DNA from: Pelagibacteraceae bacterium
GTDB taxonomy: Bacteria; Pseudomonadota; Alphaproteobacteria; Pelagibacterales; AG-422-B15
Assembly (NCBI GenBank): GCA_038103905.1
Contig: JAYNZW010000007.1
Location: forward strand, 5,777-69,776
Direction of reading: 5' to 3'
DNA length: 64,000 nt
Shown here: positions 46,506 through 57,219 of the stretch, piece after piece
Layout: the number at the start of each line of letters is the position of its first letter
Numbering within the stretch: the stretch's first letter is position 1
Position numbers and translations under genes: made by a program
Notes under the pieces: generated by a model
What the model was told of the DNA's origin: nothing
The model's input: only the letters and a program-made list of their open reading frames with translations
The model's database searches: none

Positions 46506-47198
46506 TTATGACTTAATTCTTTTTTTTATAAATTTAAAAGCTATAGGCAATAAAACTATCAAACCTATGAGAAGAATTGGTAGAAAATTATTTAAATTAA
46601 ATAACACACTACTATCAAATTCTCTTGCTTCTACTATATCACCAATACCATTTCCAATACTCGATAGAATGTATGCCCAAGGTATTACACCAAATACAGT
46701 CGCAATGAAGTAATCTCTAAATTTCATATCAAAAATAGCAGGAAGAAGATTCTGAACACCAAAAGGAACCCCTCCTATAACTCGGATGAAAAGTAAATAA
46801 CTTATTGCATTTCTATTAAATCCATTTTTAAAAGTTCTAAATTTATTACCAAGCTTATTCAAAAGATAATTTTTAAAAAAATACCTTGCATAAATGAATA
46901 CAATTACTGCCCCTATAACCTCCCCTATAATGCAGATGATTAAACCGCTTACTAAGCCAAAATAAAACCCTGATAGAATGCATACCGGTGTAATAGGGCC
47001 CATTAATGAGATTGAAATTGCAATAACAAGAATACAAATTATTAAAGATGTATAATAATTTTCATTGATAAACTCAGATATTAATCCATGTTGGGTAATA
47101 ATAAATTCCATTGAAATTGGATTATAATTGCCGATTATATATATGATAATTGCCAGAAAAATTGCTGTAATTATGCCAATTTTAATACCTTTGCTCAT
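46506..47198 (-). CDS. TVP38/TMEM64 (DedA/SNARE-associated) family membrane protein
   Basis: 230 aa of multi-pass membrane protein with a family-typical central region (FIRVIGGVPFGVQNL). Confidence 0.78.
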   Translation of the reverse strand: MSKGIKIGIITAIFLAIIIYIIGNYNPISMEFIITQHGLISEFINENYYTSLIICILVIAISISLMGPITPVCILSGFYFGLVSGLIICIIGEVIGAVIVFIYARYFFKNYLLNKLGNKFRTFKNGFNRNAISYLLFIRVIGGVPFGVQNLLPAIFDMKFRDYFIATVFGVIPWAYILSSIGNGIGDIVEAREFDSSVLFNLNNFLPILLIGLIVLLPIAFKFIKKRIKS

Positions 47199-47224
47199 CC
47201 ATCAATAGCTGAAATTGTTATTAT

Positions 47225-47253
47225 TTGACTATAGTGCTAATGCCATTTATAAG
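47225..47253 (+). promoter_or_regulatory. Candidate promoter of the rpmH-rnpA-yidD-yidC unit
   Basis: -35 TTGACT (47225-47230), 17-nt spacer, -10 TATAAG (47248-47253), 25 nt upstream of the rpmH ATG. Confidence 0.45.
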
Positions 47254-47278
47254 CCACTAACAAATATAGTCAAAGATT

Positions 47279-47413
47279 ATGAAAAGAACATTTCAGCCAA
47301 GTAACTTAGTAAAAAAACGCAGACACGGTTTCAGAGCTCGATCAGCCACTAAAGATGGAAGAATAATTTTAGCTCGGCGTCGTTCAAAAGGCAGAAAAGA
47401 ATTATCAGCCTAG
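47279..47413 (+). CDS. rpmH: 50S ribosomal protein L34
   Basis: Not in the ORF track (44 aa). It reads [44 protein letters not shown], a near-universal L34 sequence, directly upstream of rnpA. Confidence 0.93.
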   Translation: MKRTFQPSNLVKKRRHGFRARSATKDGRIILARRRSKGRKELSA

Positions 47414-47435
47414 TCCTAAACATTCTTAATGAAGC

Positions 47436-47768
47436 ATGAAAATTGAAACTCTCAAATCCTCAAAGGATTTTAAGAGACTTAAAAGCGGAAAATTTCATCG
47501 AAGTCATTCTTTTTTATTACAGGGAATGGAAAATTTTAACTCAAAAAAACCTCGTATGGGATATACAGTTACCAAACAAAATGGTAACGCAGTCATTAGA
47601 AATAGGATAAAAAGAAGATTAAAATCAGCTACACAGGATGTATTTAATAATATTGAAGATAAAAGGTGGGATTATGTTATGATAGGAAAAAAAAATGCTC
47701 TTATTATTTCATTTGATAAATTAAAATCAGAAATAGAATTCGCTATAAATAAAATTCATAAAAGTTAG
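47436..47768 (+). CDS. rnpA: Ribonuclease P protein component
   Basis: 110 aa and basic, with an [13 protein letters not shown] motif. Conserved rpmH-rnpA synteny. Confidence 0.85.
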   Translation: MKIETLKSSKDFKRLKSGKFHRSHSFLLQGMENFNSKKPRMGYTVTKQNGNAVIRNRIKRRLKSATQDVFNNIEDKRWDYVMIGKKNALIISFDKLKSEIEFAINKIHKS

Positions 47769-47779
47769 AGTTATATAAA

Positions 47780-48013
47780 ATGAAACATGTATTTATTTTT
47801 ATCATCGTAATATATCAGAGACTCATATCTCCCTATTTTCCTCAATCATGTAGATTCCAACCTACCTGTTCTAGTTATATGAAAGAAGCTATTGAAGTCC
47901 ATGGTTTGATTCATGGAATAATTATGGGAATAAAAAGGATATCTCACTGTCACCCATTTAAATTTTTAGGAAGTAAGGAGGGGTTTGATCCCGTTCCACC
48001 AAAAAAACAGTAA
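47780..48013 (+). CDS. yidD: Membrane protein insertion efficiency factor YidD
   Basis: 77 aa. [22 protein letters not shown] signature. Confidence 0.9.
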   Translation: MKHVFIFIIVIYQRLISPYFPQSCRFQPTCSSYMKEAIEVHGLIHGIIMGIKRISHCHPFKFLGSKEGFDPVPPKKQ

Positions 48014-48017
48014 TATT

Positions 48018-49751
48018 ATGGATAACAAGAATTTAATATTAGCAATTACACTTTCAGTCGGAATACTGTTGTTATGGTCAATATTATTTGAAGCTCCTCC
48101 AATAGAAGATCCAAATGTAAACCCTCAATTACCAGAAGCTAGTAATAAGATTGATGATGAAAATACAAGTACTGATTTCAACAGTTTTGACATAGGTGAT
48201 GCGGCAGTAGTCTCACCAGATGAAATAGTATCTTTGAATGAGTCATTGCAAAATTCGAAAAGAATAAGCATTAAAACACCTAGTTTGTCTGGTTCAATTA
48301 ATCTACTTGGCCTCAAAATAGATGACTTAGTGCTTAAAAAGTATAATCAAACCCTCGAAAGTGACTCAGAAAAAATCAGATTTTTATCACCCGGGGATAC
48401 ACGTGACGGCCTTGAGATATCATTCGGGTGGATTAAGCCTAAAGATGCAAATTTTAATGTGCCTGACTCTAAATCAGTTTGGAGTATAAAAGGCAAATCT
48501 ACAATACTTGATGAAAATAATGAAATTGAGCTTGAATGGTCAAATCAATCAGGTCAAGTATTTAAAACATTTATAAGTGTCGATAAAGACTATCTTTTCA
48601 GCGTAAGGCAAGTTGTAATAAACAACTCTTCAAAAGAAATCATCGTTAACAATAACAGTAAAGTAATTAGGAAAAAAGCACCAACTCTATCAGGTATGTT
48701 TATATTGCATGAAGGTCCGATTGGAGTTTTACAAGAAGAGCTAGAACTGATTGACTACGATGATCTTAAGGAAGATAAAAAAGTACTAAATTTTGAAAGT
48801 GATAATGGGTGGATTGGAATTACTGATAAGTATTGGTTAGCTGCCTTAATACCAAATCAAAATATACCTTTTAAAAGTATTTATGCTTACGATGAAAATC
48901 TCGGATATGTTGCTTATTTTAGATCTCTTGAGTCATACAACATAAAGCCAAACACAAAAATTGAAATTGATAGTAAAGTTTTTGCCGGTGCAAAAGAGGC
49001 TGATCTTCTGGATCTTTATCAAGAAAAATTTAATATCTATAATTTTGATTTAGCGATTGATTGGGGTTGGTTTTATTTTATCACAAAACCATTATTTTAC
49101 GCGATTTCATATTTTTATGAACTTTTTGGAAACTTTGGAATTGCCATAATCATACTTACTGTAATTACCAGAATAGTATTCTTTCCTCTGGCAAACTGGT
49201 CTTTTATTTCAATGGCTAAAATGAAATTACTTCAACCAGAAATGACGCGAATTAAAGATTTATACAAAGATGATAGACAGCAGCAGCAGCAGGCGTTGAT
49301 GGCTTTGTACAAAAAAGAAAAAGTCAATCCAGTTTCAGGATGCTTACCAATTTTGATACAAATACCTTTCTTTTTTGCAATATATAAAATGTTGTTTATC
49401 TCAATTGAAATGAGGCATGCACCATTCTATGGATGGATTGAGGACTTGTCAGTAAAAGACCCTACAACTATTTTTAACTTATTTGGATTAATACCTTGGG
49501 ATCCACCTTCATTTATGATCATAGGTATTTGGCCAATCCTGATGGGCTTGACAATGTACCTACAGCAAAAACTAAATCCTGCACCACCTGATCCTATTCA
49601 GGCTAAAATATTTGCATTCTTTCCGTTATTTATAACAATTCTGTTATCTCAGTTTGCTGCAGGATTGGTAATTTATTGGACAACAAATAATGTCCTTTCT
49701 ATTTTACAACAATGGATCATTACACGTAGAACAAAAATTAAAACCAATTAA
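48018..49751 (+). CDS. yidC: Membrane protein insertase YidC
   Basis: Start set at MDNKNLILAITLSV (48018), just after the yidD stop. It has a large periplasmic domain and a conserved C-terminal core (PLFYAISYF..., GCLPILIQIPFFFAIY). Confidence 0.9.
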   Translation: MDNKNLILAITLSVGILLLWSILFEAPPIEDPNVNPQLPEASNKIDDENTSTDFNSFDIGDAAVVSPDEIVSLNESLQNSKRISIKTPSLSGSINLLGLKIDDLVLKKYNQTLESDSEKIRFLSPGDTRDGLEISFGWIKPKDANFNVPDSKSVWSIKGKSTILDENNEIELEWSNQSGQVFKTFISVDKDYLFSVRQVVINNSSKEIIVNNNSKVIRKKAPTLSGMFILHEGPIGVLQEELELIDYDDLKEDKKVLNFESDNGWIGITDKYWLAALIPNQNIPFKSIYAYDENLGYVAYFRSLESYNIKPNTKIEIDSKVFAGAKEADLLDLYQEKFNIYNFDLAIDWGWFYFITKPLFYAISYFYELFGNFGIAIIILTVITRIVFFPLANWSFISMAKMKLLQPEMTRIKDLYKDDRQQQQQALMALYKKEKVNPVSGCLPILIQIPFFFAIYKMLFISIEMRHAPFYGWIEDLSVKDPTTIFNLFGLIPWDPPSFMIIGIWPILMGLTMYLQQKLNPAPPDPIQAKIFAFFPLFITILLSQFAAGLVIYWTTNNVLSILQQWIITRRTKIKTN

Positions 49752-49756
49752 TTACT

Positions 49757-50647
49757 ATGGTAACTCCAGAAAAAAAAGCTCTCAATAGAGCTCAATTATT
49801 AAAAAAATATTGGAAGCAAGGCTCTAAATATCATTTGGGAGCTAAAGACTTTATATCAAACTACGAAAATCAATATGTTGTAATAAAATATGGCGGATTT
49901 TCTCTAAGTAAAAAAAAATTAGTTACCTCTTTTGCTAAAAATATTTCTTTATTAAATCAACTTGGAGTTAAAGTAATTATTGTTCATGGTGGCGGTCCTC
50001 AAATTGAAAAAGAATTAAAAAAAAGAAAGATAATCGATAAGGAATATCAAGGTCTTAGAATTACAACAAAAGAAATTCTCAAAATTGTAAAAAATATTCT
50101 TGGCAATCAATTAAATAAAATGATTGTTAGAGAGATAAATAAGTTTCAAGGTAACGCTATATCTTTTAATGGATTAAATAAAAAATTACTCAAATCAAAA
50201 ATCCTTATGAAAGGTAAAATTGGTTTCGTGGGAAATCCCATTAAATTAGATAGAAAAAGCCTTTTATCAGCAATCAGTCGAAAGAAAGTCCCAATCGTGT
50301 CCCCCATTGGATTTGATGAAAAAGGAAATAAATATAATATAAATGCTGATGTAGCGGCAGGATTTATAGCTGAAACATTAAAAGTAAAAAGATTACTTTT
50401 ATTGACTGATGTAGAAGGAGTCTTAGATAATAATAAAAAACTTATTGTTGAATTGAATAAAAAAAAGGCGTTTGAATATATAAAAAATGGAATTATAAAA
50501 GGTGGAATGATACCAAAAGTCAAAACATGCTTCAAAACTCTTAATAAAGGAGTAAAGGGTGTTGCATTGGTAGATGGAAGAAAGGAAAATGCTATTTTAA
50601 TGGAGCTTCTAACAGAAAAAGGAGCTGGAACATTAATTAAAAAATAA
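49757..50647 (+). CDS. argB: Acetylglutamate kinase
   Basis: 296 aa. VIKYGG and [11 protein letters not shown] motifs. Confidence 0.9.
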   Translation: MVTPEKKALNRAQLLKKYWKQGSKYHLGAKDFISNYENQYVVIKYGGFSLSKKKLVTSFAKNISLLNQLGVKVIIVHGGGPQIEKELKKRKIIDKEYQGLRITTKEILKIVKNILGNQLNKMIVREINKFQGNAISFNGLNKKLLKSKILMKGKIGFVGNPIKLDRKSLLSAISRKKVPIVSPIGFDEKGNKYNINADVAAGFIAETLKVKRLLLLTDVEGVLDNNKKLIVELNKKKAFEYIKNGIIKGGMIPKVKTCFKTLNKGVKGVALVDGRKENAILMELLTEKGAGTLIKK

Positions 50648-50652
50648 AAAAT

Positions 50653-51468
50653 ATGAGTGAAATAAAAAAAATTATTGAAGATGCGTGGGACAATGTTTCG
50701 AATCTTACATCTGAAGATAAAACTACAACTGAGGCAGTTAAAGAAGTAATAGCCAAACTAGACAAGGGTGAATTAAGAATTGCAGAAAAAATTGGAAATG
50801 AATGGACTGTCAATCAATGGCTAAAAAAAGCTGTTCTCATTTCATTTCGTCTAAATGATAATCAAATATTAAAAGGCCCATACACAACTTGGTATGATAA
50901 AGTTAAAGGCAAGACAGTTGACTGGAATGAAAGTGATTGGAAAAGCGCCGGGTATCGTCATGTACCAAATGGCACTGTTAGAGAAGGCTCGTTCATAGGT
51001 AAAGGGGTTGTCCTTATGCCTTCTTTTGTAAATATTGGAGCTTATATAGATGAAGGTACAATGGTTGATACATGGGCGACTGTCGGATCTTGCGCTCAAA
51101 TTGGAAAAAATTGTCATTTATCAGGTGGTGTGGGAATTGGTGGAGTATTGGAACCACTCCAAGCAAACCCAGTCATCATAGAGGACAACTGCTTTGTAGG
51201 AGCAAGAGCTGAGGTTGCTGAGGGTGTGATTGTAAGAGAAGGATCCGTATTATCGATGGGCGTATATTTAGGTGCTTCAACTAAAATTATCAATAGATCA
51301 ACTGGTGAAGTTATATATGGAGAAGTGCCTGCTTATTCAGTAGTTGTTCCTGGAGCTTTGCCAAATAAAGATCCATCAAAGCCAAGCTTATATTGCGTGG
51401 TTATTGTTAAAACAGTTGATGAAAAAACAAGGCAAAAAACATCAATAAACGATTTACTGCGAGATTAA
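50653..51468 (+). CDS. dapD: 2,3,4,5-tetrahydropyridine-2,6-dicarboxylate N-succinyltransferase
   Basis: 271 aa with the hexapeptide-repeat C-terminal half and a DapD-type N-terminal domain. Confidence 0.9.
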   Translation: MSEIKKIIEDAWDNVSNLTSEDKTTTEAVKEVIAKLDKGELRIAEKIGNEWTVNQWLKKAVLISFRLNDNQILKGPYTTWYDKVKGKTVDWNESDWKSAGYRHVPNGTVREGSFIGKGVVLMPSFVNIGAYIDEGTMVDTWATVGSCAQIGKNCHLSGGVGIGGVLEPLQANPVIIEDNCFVGARAEVAEGVIVREGSVLSMGVYLGASTKIINRSTGEVIYGEVPAYSVVVPGALPNKDPSKPSLYCVVIVKTVDEKTRQKTSINDLLRD

Positions 51469-51473
51469 TCTAA

Positions 51474-52628
51474 ATGAAAGTTTTAGAGCTCACAAAATCA
51501 TTGATTTCATGTCCTAGTATTACACCTAAAAATGAAGGTGTTCTTGACTTACTTGAAAAAGAGCTATCTGAAATAGGTTTTATATGTCATCGATACTTAT
51601 TCAGTGACAATAATACACCTGATGTTGATAATTTATTTGCAAAGTTTGGCAATGGATCCCCTCATTTATGTTTTGGAGGTCACACTGATGTTGTCCCAGT
51701 AGGTGATCTTGATTCTTGGAGTTTTGATCCATTCAAACCTACAGAGCAAGATGGAAGAATTTACGGACGCGGCGCAAGTGACATGAAGTCAGCAATAGGT
51801 GCATTCGTCTGCGCAGCAAGAAATTTCACAAAAAATTCTAATTTCAAAGGTACAATAAGCTTATTAATTACAAATGATGAGGAGGGTCCTGCAATTAATG
51901 GAACTAAGAAAGTTCTCGAAAAATTATATAGCGAGGGAGAAAAAATTGATTCTTGTATTGTTGGTGAACCAACTTGCCCTAATACACTAGGCGAAATGAT
52001 TAAAATAGGAAGAAGAGGAAGTCTTACAAGCAAAATAAAAATCACTGGTAAACAAGGTCACGTAGCGTATCCACAATGGACACTAAATCCTATTAATCCT
52101 CTAACAAAAATTTTAAGTGATATATGTAATATAAAATTAGATTCTGGAACTGATGACTTTCCACCTTCGAATATAGAAATTGTTAAGGTTAGCTCAAGTG
52201 AAGGCGCATCTAATGTAGTGCCTCAAAGTGCTACTGCTCAATTAAACGTTAGATACAATATCAATCATAATAAAGAAAGTTTAACAAAAATTTTTGATGA
52301 TGTTGTCAAAAAATATACCTGTGATAGTGAATATGATTTTGAAATTGACTATAATAATTCCGCAGAACCTTTTCTCACTGAAAAAAATGATTTTATCAAA
52401 ATGATTAAAAGTTCTGTTGATGAAGTTACTGGCTTAGATGCTGAATTGACAACAACAGGTGGAACATCAGATGCTAGATTCTTCAAAGATTATTGTGAAG
52501 TTGCAGAATTTGGCTTAATTGGGGAAACAGCTCATCAAGTAGATGAAAATGTTCAAATTTCTGATATCGAAAATCTTGAAAAAATTTATGGATCAATTTT
52601 GACTAAATATTTTACACAAATAATTTAG
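51474..52628 (+). CDS. dapE: Succinyl-diaminopimelate desuccinylase
   Basis: 384 aa of M20 peptidase (GHTDVVP, NDEEGPA), adjacent to dapD. Confidence 0.88.
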   Translation: MKVLELTKSLISCPSITPKNEGVLDLLEKELSEIGFICHRYLFSDNNTPDVDNLFAKFGNGSPHLCFGGHTDVVPVGDLDSWSFDPFKPTEQDGRIYGRGASDMKSAIGAFVCAARNFTKNSNFKGTISLLITNDEEGPAINGTKKVLEKLYSEGEKIDSCIVGEPTCPNTLGEMIKIGRRGSLTSKIKITGKQGHVAYPQWTLNPINPLTKILSDICNIKLDSGTDDFPPSNIEIVKVSSSEGASNVVPQSATAQLNVRYNINHNKESLTKIFDDVVKKYTCDSEYDFEIDYNNSAEPFLTEKNDFIKMIKSSVDEVTGLDAELTTTGGTSDARFFKDYCEVAEFGLIGETAHQVDENVQISDIENLEKIYGSILTKYFTQII

Positions 52629-53366
52629 TTAGTATTTTACTTCCATAAAATATAATCCTTCAGATGGAGCTAGAGCTCCACATTTAGATCTATCTTTTGA
52701 CTTAAGCGCTATATCAAAATCATTAATAGACCAACTGCCCTCACCAACCATCTTTAGACTTCCTACTATAGATCTTACTTGGTGATGCAAAAATGATTTT
52801 GCACTGATACCAAAAAAAATATTTTCATCGGTTTGAGTAATTTTTATCTCATCGATTGTTTTAATAGGGCTATCAGACTGACAATGAGCAGAGCGAAAAG
52901 TTGTAAAATCATGCTTACCAACTATCAATGGTATACAATTTTTCATGGAATCAATATTCAAAGTTTTATGAACTTGCCACGCTCTACCTTTTTCAATCGT
53001 TAAAGGCGATTTTCTATTTATAATTCTGTATAGATATTTTCTTTGAATGGCATCAAAACGAGAATGAAAGTTTTCATTTACTTTTTCTACATTTAAAATT
53101 GATATTGGCAGTGGTCTTAAATGATCATTTAATGCATTTTTGATTATATAGGTATCAAAGTTTTTCTTACTAACATCAAAGTGAGCAGTTTGACCAATAG
53201 CATGCACACCAGCATCTGTTCTACCTGCTCCAAATATGGTAATTTTCTCATCAAAAAGTTTTTCAATAGCACTTTCAATAGACGCTTGTACTGAACGACC
53301 ATTTTCCTGTTTTTGCCACCCAACAAATGGAGTGCCATCATATTCAATTATAATTTTAAATCTCAT
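52629..53366 (-). CDS. truA: tRNA pseudouridine(38-40) synthase
   Basis: 245 aa. GAGRTDAGVHA catalytic motif. Confidence 0.9.
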   Translation of the reverse strand: MRFKIIIEYDGTPFVGWQKQENGRSVQASIESAIEKLFDEKITIFGAGRTDAGVHAIGQTAHFDVSKKNFDTYIIKNALNDHLRPLPISILNVEKVNENFHSRFDAIQRKYLYRIINRKSPLTIEKGRAWQVHKTLNIDSMKNCIPLIVGKHDFTTFRSAHCQSDSPIKTIDEIKITQTDENIFFGISAKSFLHHQVRSIVGSLKMVGEGSWSINDFDIALKSKDRSKCGALAPSEGLYFMEVKY

Positions 53367-54286
53367 TAATCTAATTTATTACCAATTAAAGCCTGATTAC
53401 CTAAAAGAAATGATTTTACAGTTGATTTATTTTTTCCCTCTTTTTGTATAATTTTTAATTTTAATGAACCTTGACCACAAGCAATTTCAAATTCGTCATT
53501 CAGTATTTCGCCAGGATTACCTTTGCCATCAGAAATTTCGACCTCAAATACCTTAATCCGCTTACCATTCAATTCAAACCATGCTCCCGGATTAGGATTG
53601 AAAGCTCTTATTTTTCTGTCAATTAATTCTGCCGTCTCATCCCAATTGATTCTAGTTTCAGATTTTAAAATTTTATATGCATAACACGCAAAATCATTAT
53701 CTTGCTTATCAAAATCAATTTTATGATTAAATAAATTTAAAAACTTAGATAAATTTTTAACTCCTAGCTTAGCTAGATTAGTTGATAGAGACTCTTGAGT
53801 ATCATTTTTTTCAATCTCAATTTTATCAGTAAGCACGATATCGCCAGTATCTAAACCTTCGTCTATTTTAATAAAAGAAACTCCTGAAACTTGGTCACCT
53901 TCAATTATTGATCTTTGAATTGGTGCAGCCCCTCTCCAACGAGGAAGTATGGATGCGTGAAGATTATAGCATCCATATTTTGGTATTCTTAATATTTCCT
54001 TAGGAATAATAAATCCATATGCAATGACAATTATTAAATCTAAATTCATAGCTTTTATCGAATTAATAGTTAATTCATCTTTTAAATTTTTGGGATGCTC
54101 TAGTTCAAGGTTTAACGCTTGAGCTGCACAAGATACAGGCGACTCAGTATTTTTCATTCCTCTATTTGCTTTTTTTGGAGGGGATGTAAAAACTTTTATA
54201 ATACTTTGATTTAAATTTACTAATTCATTCAATATAGGAACAGCGAATGAGGAGGTGCCCATGAATAAAATTTTATAATTATTCAT
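53366..54286 (-). CDS. fmt: Methionyl-tRNA formyltransferase
   Basis: 306 aa. HASILPRWRGAAPIQ motif. def-fmt synteny. Confidence 0.9.
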   Translation of the reverse strand: MNNYKILFMGTSSFAVPILNELVNLNQSIIKVFTSPPKKANRGMKNTESPVSCAAQALNLELEHPKNLKDELTINSIKAMNLDLIIVIAYGFIIPKEILRIPKYGCYNLHASILPRWRGAAPIQRSIIEGDQVSGVSFIKIDEGLDTGDIVLTDKIEIEKNDTQESLSTNLAKLGVKNLSKFLNLFNHKIDFDKQDNDFACYAYKILKSETRINWDETAELIDRKIRAFNPNPGAWFELNGKRIKVFEVEISDGKGNPGEILNDEFEIACGQGSLKLKIIQKEGKNKSTVKSFLLGNQALIGNKLD

Positions 54287-54296
54287 TACTAAATAT

Positions 54297-54833
54297 CTAA
54301 GCTACAATTCGTTCTTTTGATGCTAGTTTTTTTGCTTTTGTTAACTTCTTGACAATTAAATTTTTCTTTAATTTCGATAGGTGATCAATGAATAAAATTC
54401 CCTCAAGATGATCCATTTCATGTTGAATACATGTAGCAAATAATCCCTCAACTTCTTCTTGCATTTCTTTACCATTATAATCTAAGTAATTAATAAGACA
54501 TTTTCCCGGCCTCTCAATCTCAGCATATTGATCAGGTACTGAGAGACAGCCTTCTTCATAAATAGATAAATCTTTTGCTTGATTTGAGATCACAGGATTA
54601 ACAAAATATTTAGGATCTTTAATACCATCTTCTTTATTCCATGATATATCCATAACAATAACTCTAAGAGGAACGCCAACTTGTACTGCTGCAAGTCCAA
54701 TCCCTGGTGCGTTATACATAGTTTCAAGCATATCATCCATTAAATTACGAATTTCATCGTCAACTTTTTCAACAGGTTTTGAAATAGTTTTCAATAAAGG
54801 GTCAGGTGCTGTTAAAATTTTTCTAATTGCCAT
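54297..54833 (-). CDS. def: Peptide deformylase
   Basis: [17 protein letters not shown] and QHEMDHLEG motifs. Start set at [12 protein letters not shown] (54833). Confidence 0.92.
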   Translation of the reverse strand: MAIRKILTAPDPLLKTISKPVEKVDDEIRNLMDDMLETMYNAPGIGLAAVQVGVPLRVIVMDISWNKEDGIKDPKYFVNPVISNQAKDLSIYEEGCLSVPDQYAEIERPGKCLINYLDYNGKEMQEEVEGLFATCIQHEMDHLEGILFIDHLSKLKKNLIVKKLTKAKKLASKERIVA

Positions 54834-54900
54834 AATTATGAAATAAGACAACTTCTAAGTCTCGTCAAGATGAACTTATTTTTGGCTAAAAACCTGTATT

Positions 54901-55506
54901 TTATAATTTTTGTCTTGATGAAAGTGCCGCTGCAATTGTTCCTTCATCCATATAATCAAGCTCGCCTCCTACTGGGACACCATGGCCCAATCGACTTACT
55001 TCAACATCTGAATCATCAAGGGACTCTGCTACATAATGGGCAGTAGTTTGACCATCAACTGTGGCGCTCATTGCCAGTATAACTTCTTTCACATAATTTT
55101 TTTTGGCACGGATTATAAGTTTTTTGATAGATAGGTCATCGGGACCAACTCCATTAATCGCTGATAGTGTCCCGCCCAGAATATGATAACATCCATTAAA
55201 TACTCCAGATTTTTCTAAAGCCCATAAGTCTGCAACATCTTCAACCACACATATCTGGCTTTGATCTCTTCCATCATCTTCACACATTGCACAAGGTGTT
55301 TGAAGATCAATATTTCCACAAATTTCACAATTTACAATTTTTTCACTTGCGTTCAATAGCGCTTCAGACAACGGTTTCATAAGTTGATCTTTGCGTTTTA
55401 ATAAATGTAAAACAACTCTTCCAGCAGACTTTGGACCAAAACCAGGCAATTTACTTATAAGTAAAATTAATCTATCAATTTCTTCATTTGAATAATTACG
55501 ACTCAT
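54901..55506 (-). CDS. recR: Recombination protein RecR
   Basis: Start set at MSRNYSNEEIDRLI (55506), after the ybaB stop. It has an HhH region, a C4 zinc finger (CEICGN...CAMC) and a Toprim domain. Confidence 0.92.
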   Translation of the reverse strand: MSRNYSNEEIDRLILLISKLPGFGPKSAGRVVLHLLKRKDQLMKPLSEALLNASEKIVNCEICGNIDLQTPCAMCEDDGRDQSQICVVEDVADLWALEKSGVFNGCYHILGGTLSAINGVGPDDLSIKKLIIRAKKNYVKEVILAMSATVDGQTTAHYVAESLDDSDVEVSRLGHGVPVGGELDYMDEGTIAAALSSRQKL

Positions 55507-55507
55507 A

Positions 55508-55828
55508 TTAGAAAGGCATCTTAAAGCCAGGTGGCAATTGTAGTCCACCAGTTATAGAGCTCATCTGATCAGAAATTTTTTTTTGAATTTTCTCTTTTCC
55601 ATCATTAAATGCTGCAAGAATTAAATCTTCTAATATTTCAATATCTTCCTTTGAAATTAACGACTCATCAATTTTCACTGATCTAACATTATTTTTACCA
55701 TCAATAATTATTTTAATTAACCCACCACCAGAAGTTCCTTCTGCTTCAAGAGACTCAACTTTTTTTTGAGCTTCAGCCATCTTCTTTTGAAGTTCTTGTG
55801 CTTGTTTCATCATATTATTAAAGTTCAT
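55508..55828 (-). CDS. ybaB: Nucleoid-associated protein YbaB/EbfC
   Basis: 106 aa. MMKQAQELQKKMAEAQ N-terminus. dnaX-ybaB-recR synteny. Confidence 0.9.
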   Translation of the reverse strand: MNFNNMMKQAQELQKKMAEAQKKVESLEAEGTSGGGLIKIIIDGKNNVRSVKIDESLISKEDIEILEDLILAAFNDGKEKIQKKISDQMSSITGGLQLPPGFKMPF

Positions 55829-55849
55829 TTATTTTTATCCCCATTAAAT

Positions 55850-57109
55850 TTAATCAATATTTTCTACTTCTGCTCCTGGAAAAAAATCCATAATTTCTTT
55901 CACTTTTGAATTTATATTATTATCACCTGAATTTTCACTTTCCATTTTAGAAATTGAGTTACTCAAATCTGCAATAAGCTCCTGAGGATTTGGCGTCTCT
56001 TTTAAATAGATAAGCCTTATAATTAACATCTCAAGACTACTTATCGGTGAAAAAGAATTTTGAACTTCGAACAGTCCCTTATTAAACATTTGCCAAATCA
56101 TTGAAATAGACTGAATCTCAAGGTTTGTAGATAATTCTTTTAAATTTTGAAACTCGGATGCTGTTAATAAGTTTTGTATACCCTCTGTCGCACCAATTTT
56201 GATCATTCCAATTTGGTGGATATTGGTAATTAAATCTTTTAACAGTAATGCTGGATCAGCACCATGATCATATAATTCATTTATTCTTTTAAGAGAGTCT
56301 TCTGTCTTTCCTTCAACTATTAATTTGAGAAGATCCAAAATTTGAGTAGGATCATTTAACCCTATCATTTCTTTAATTAGCTCTTCATTTACATTTCCAT
56401 CAGAGTAAGCAATGCTCTGATCCAGTAAAGATAATCCATCTCTAACTGATCCATCTGCAGCTCTTGAAAGAATCTTTAAAGCTCCTTCATCTATTGAAAT
56501 ATTTTCATAAGAACAAATTTTATTTAGATATTCAGATAAAGCTATTGGCTCTACTCTTTTTAAATCATATCTTTGACATCGAGACAAAATAGTCATTGGA
56601 ATTTTTCTTACCTCAGTTGTTGCAAAAATAAATTTTACATGTGGAGGTGGCTCTTCTAAAGTTTTCAAAAGTCCATTAAATGCTGCGGTTGAAAGCATAT
56701 GAACTTCATCAATTATATAAATTTTATACTTTGAAGAAATTGGTGCATACTGAACTCCATCAATTAGTTCTCTTATATCTGAAATTCCTGTTCGAGATGC
56801 AGCGTCCATTTCTAAAACATCTACACTCCTTGACTCGGATATAGATATACAGTTTTCGCATTCACCACATGGTTCTTGAAATGTATCTTTTTCAGTATCA
56901 ATTACTTGACAATTTAACGACATAGCAATGATTCTAGCAGATGTAGTTTTTCCAACTCCTCTTACACCAGTTAACAAATAAGCATTTGCAATTCTCTTTA
57001 ATTTAATTGCATTCTTTATGGTCTGAACAATTGATTCTTGACCAATTAAATCACTAAATTTCCGTGGTCTATACTTTAGTGGAATTGGTGTATGTATATT
57101 AATGGACAT
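55850..57109 (-). CDS. dnaX: DNA polymerase III subunit gamma/tau (short form)
   Basis: 419 aa. Walker A GVRGVGKTT, zinc module CGECENC, DEVHML Walker B and an SRC motif (LSRCQR). Confidence 0.9.
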   Translation of the reverse strand: MSINIHTPIPLKYRPRKFSDLIGQESIVQTIKNAIKLKRIANAYLLTGVRGVGKTTSARIIAMSLNCQVIDTEKDTFQEPCGECENCISISESRSVDVLEMDAASRTGISDIRELIDGVQYAPISSKYKIYIIDEVHMLSTAAFNGLLKTLEEPPPHVKFIFATTEVRKIPMTILSRCQRYDLKRVEPIALSEYLNKICSYENISIDEGALKILSRAADGSVRDGLSLLDQSIAYSDGNVNEELIKEMIGLNDPTQILDLLKLIVEGKTEDSLKRINELYDHGADPALLLKDLITNIHQIGMIKIGATEGIQNLLTASEFQNLKELSTNLEIQSISMIWQMFNKGLFEVQNSFSPISSLEMLIIRLIYLKETPNPQELIADLSNSISKMESENSGDNNINSKVKEIMDFFPGAEVENID

Positions 57110-57127
57110 CTTATTAAGTCTAGTTAA

Positions 57128-57219
57128 GTGGGAGATTAAAGCAACCCAAGTATAGTCATTACGGCTGCTTCCTTTCAGACCTGACCGGATTCATGATATA
57201 CTTGCCTACTTAATCTCCC
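57128..57219 (-). ncRNA. ffs: Signal recognition particle RNA (4.5S type)
   Basis: Minus strand reads GGGAGAUUAAGUAGGCAAGUAUAUCAUGAAUCCGGUCAGGUCUGAAAGGAAGCAGCCGUAAUGACUAUACUUGGGUUGCUUUAAUCUCCCAC. The domain IV core GGUCAGGUCUGAAAGGAAGCAGCC closely matches E. coli GGUCAGGUCCGGAAGGAAGCAGCC. A 10-bp terminal stem pairs GGGAGAUUAA with UUAAUCUCCC. A TATAAT (57230-57225, minus strand) lies 5 nt upstream. The ends are approximate. Confidence 0.88.

Noticed and set aside
47199-47278. Possible replication origin next to rpmH-rnpA-yidC.
   Set aside because: No TTATCCACA-type DnaA boxes or clustered repeats occur in this 80-nt spacer, dnaA/dnaN are absent, and alphaproteobacterial origins are usually elsewhere (near hemE). 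The spacer is explained by a TTGACT-17-TATAAG promoter.
49278-49292. (CAG)5 trinucleotide repeat.
   Set aside because: It lies in frame within yidC and simply encodes QQQQQ in a variable cytoplasmic loop. It is too short to be a meaningful repeat element.
55850-57109. Programmed -1 frameshift in dnaX, as in the E. coli tau/gamma pair.
   Set aside because: The full ORF is already gamma-sized, so there is no downstream tau-specific coding region for a frameshift to truncate. A-runs are ubiquitous in this AT-rich gene and are not diagnostic.
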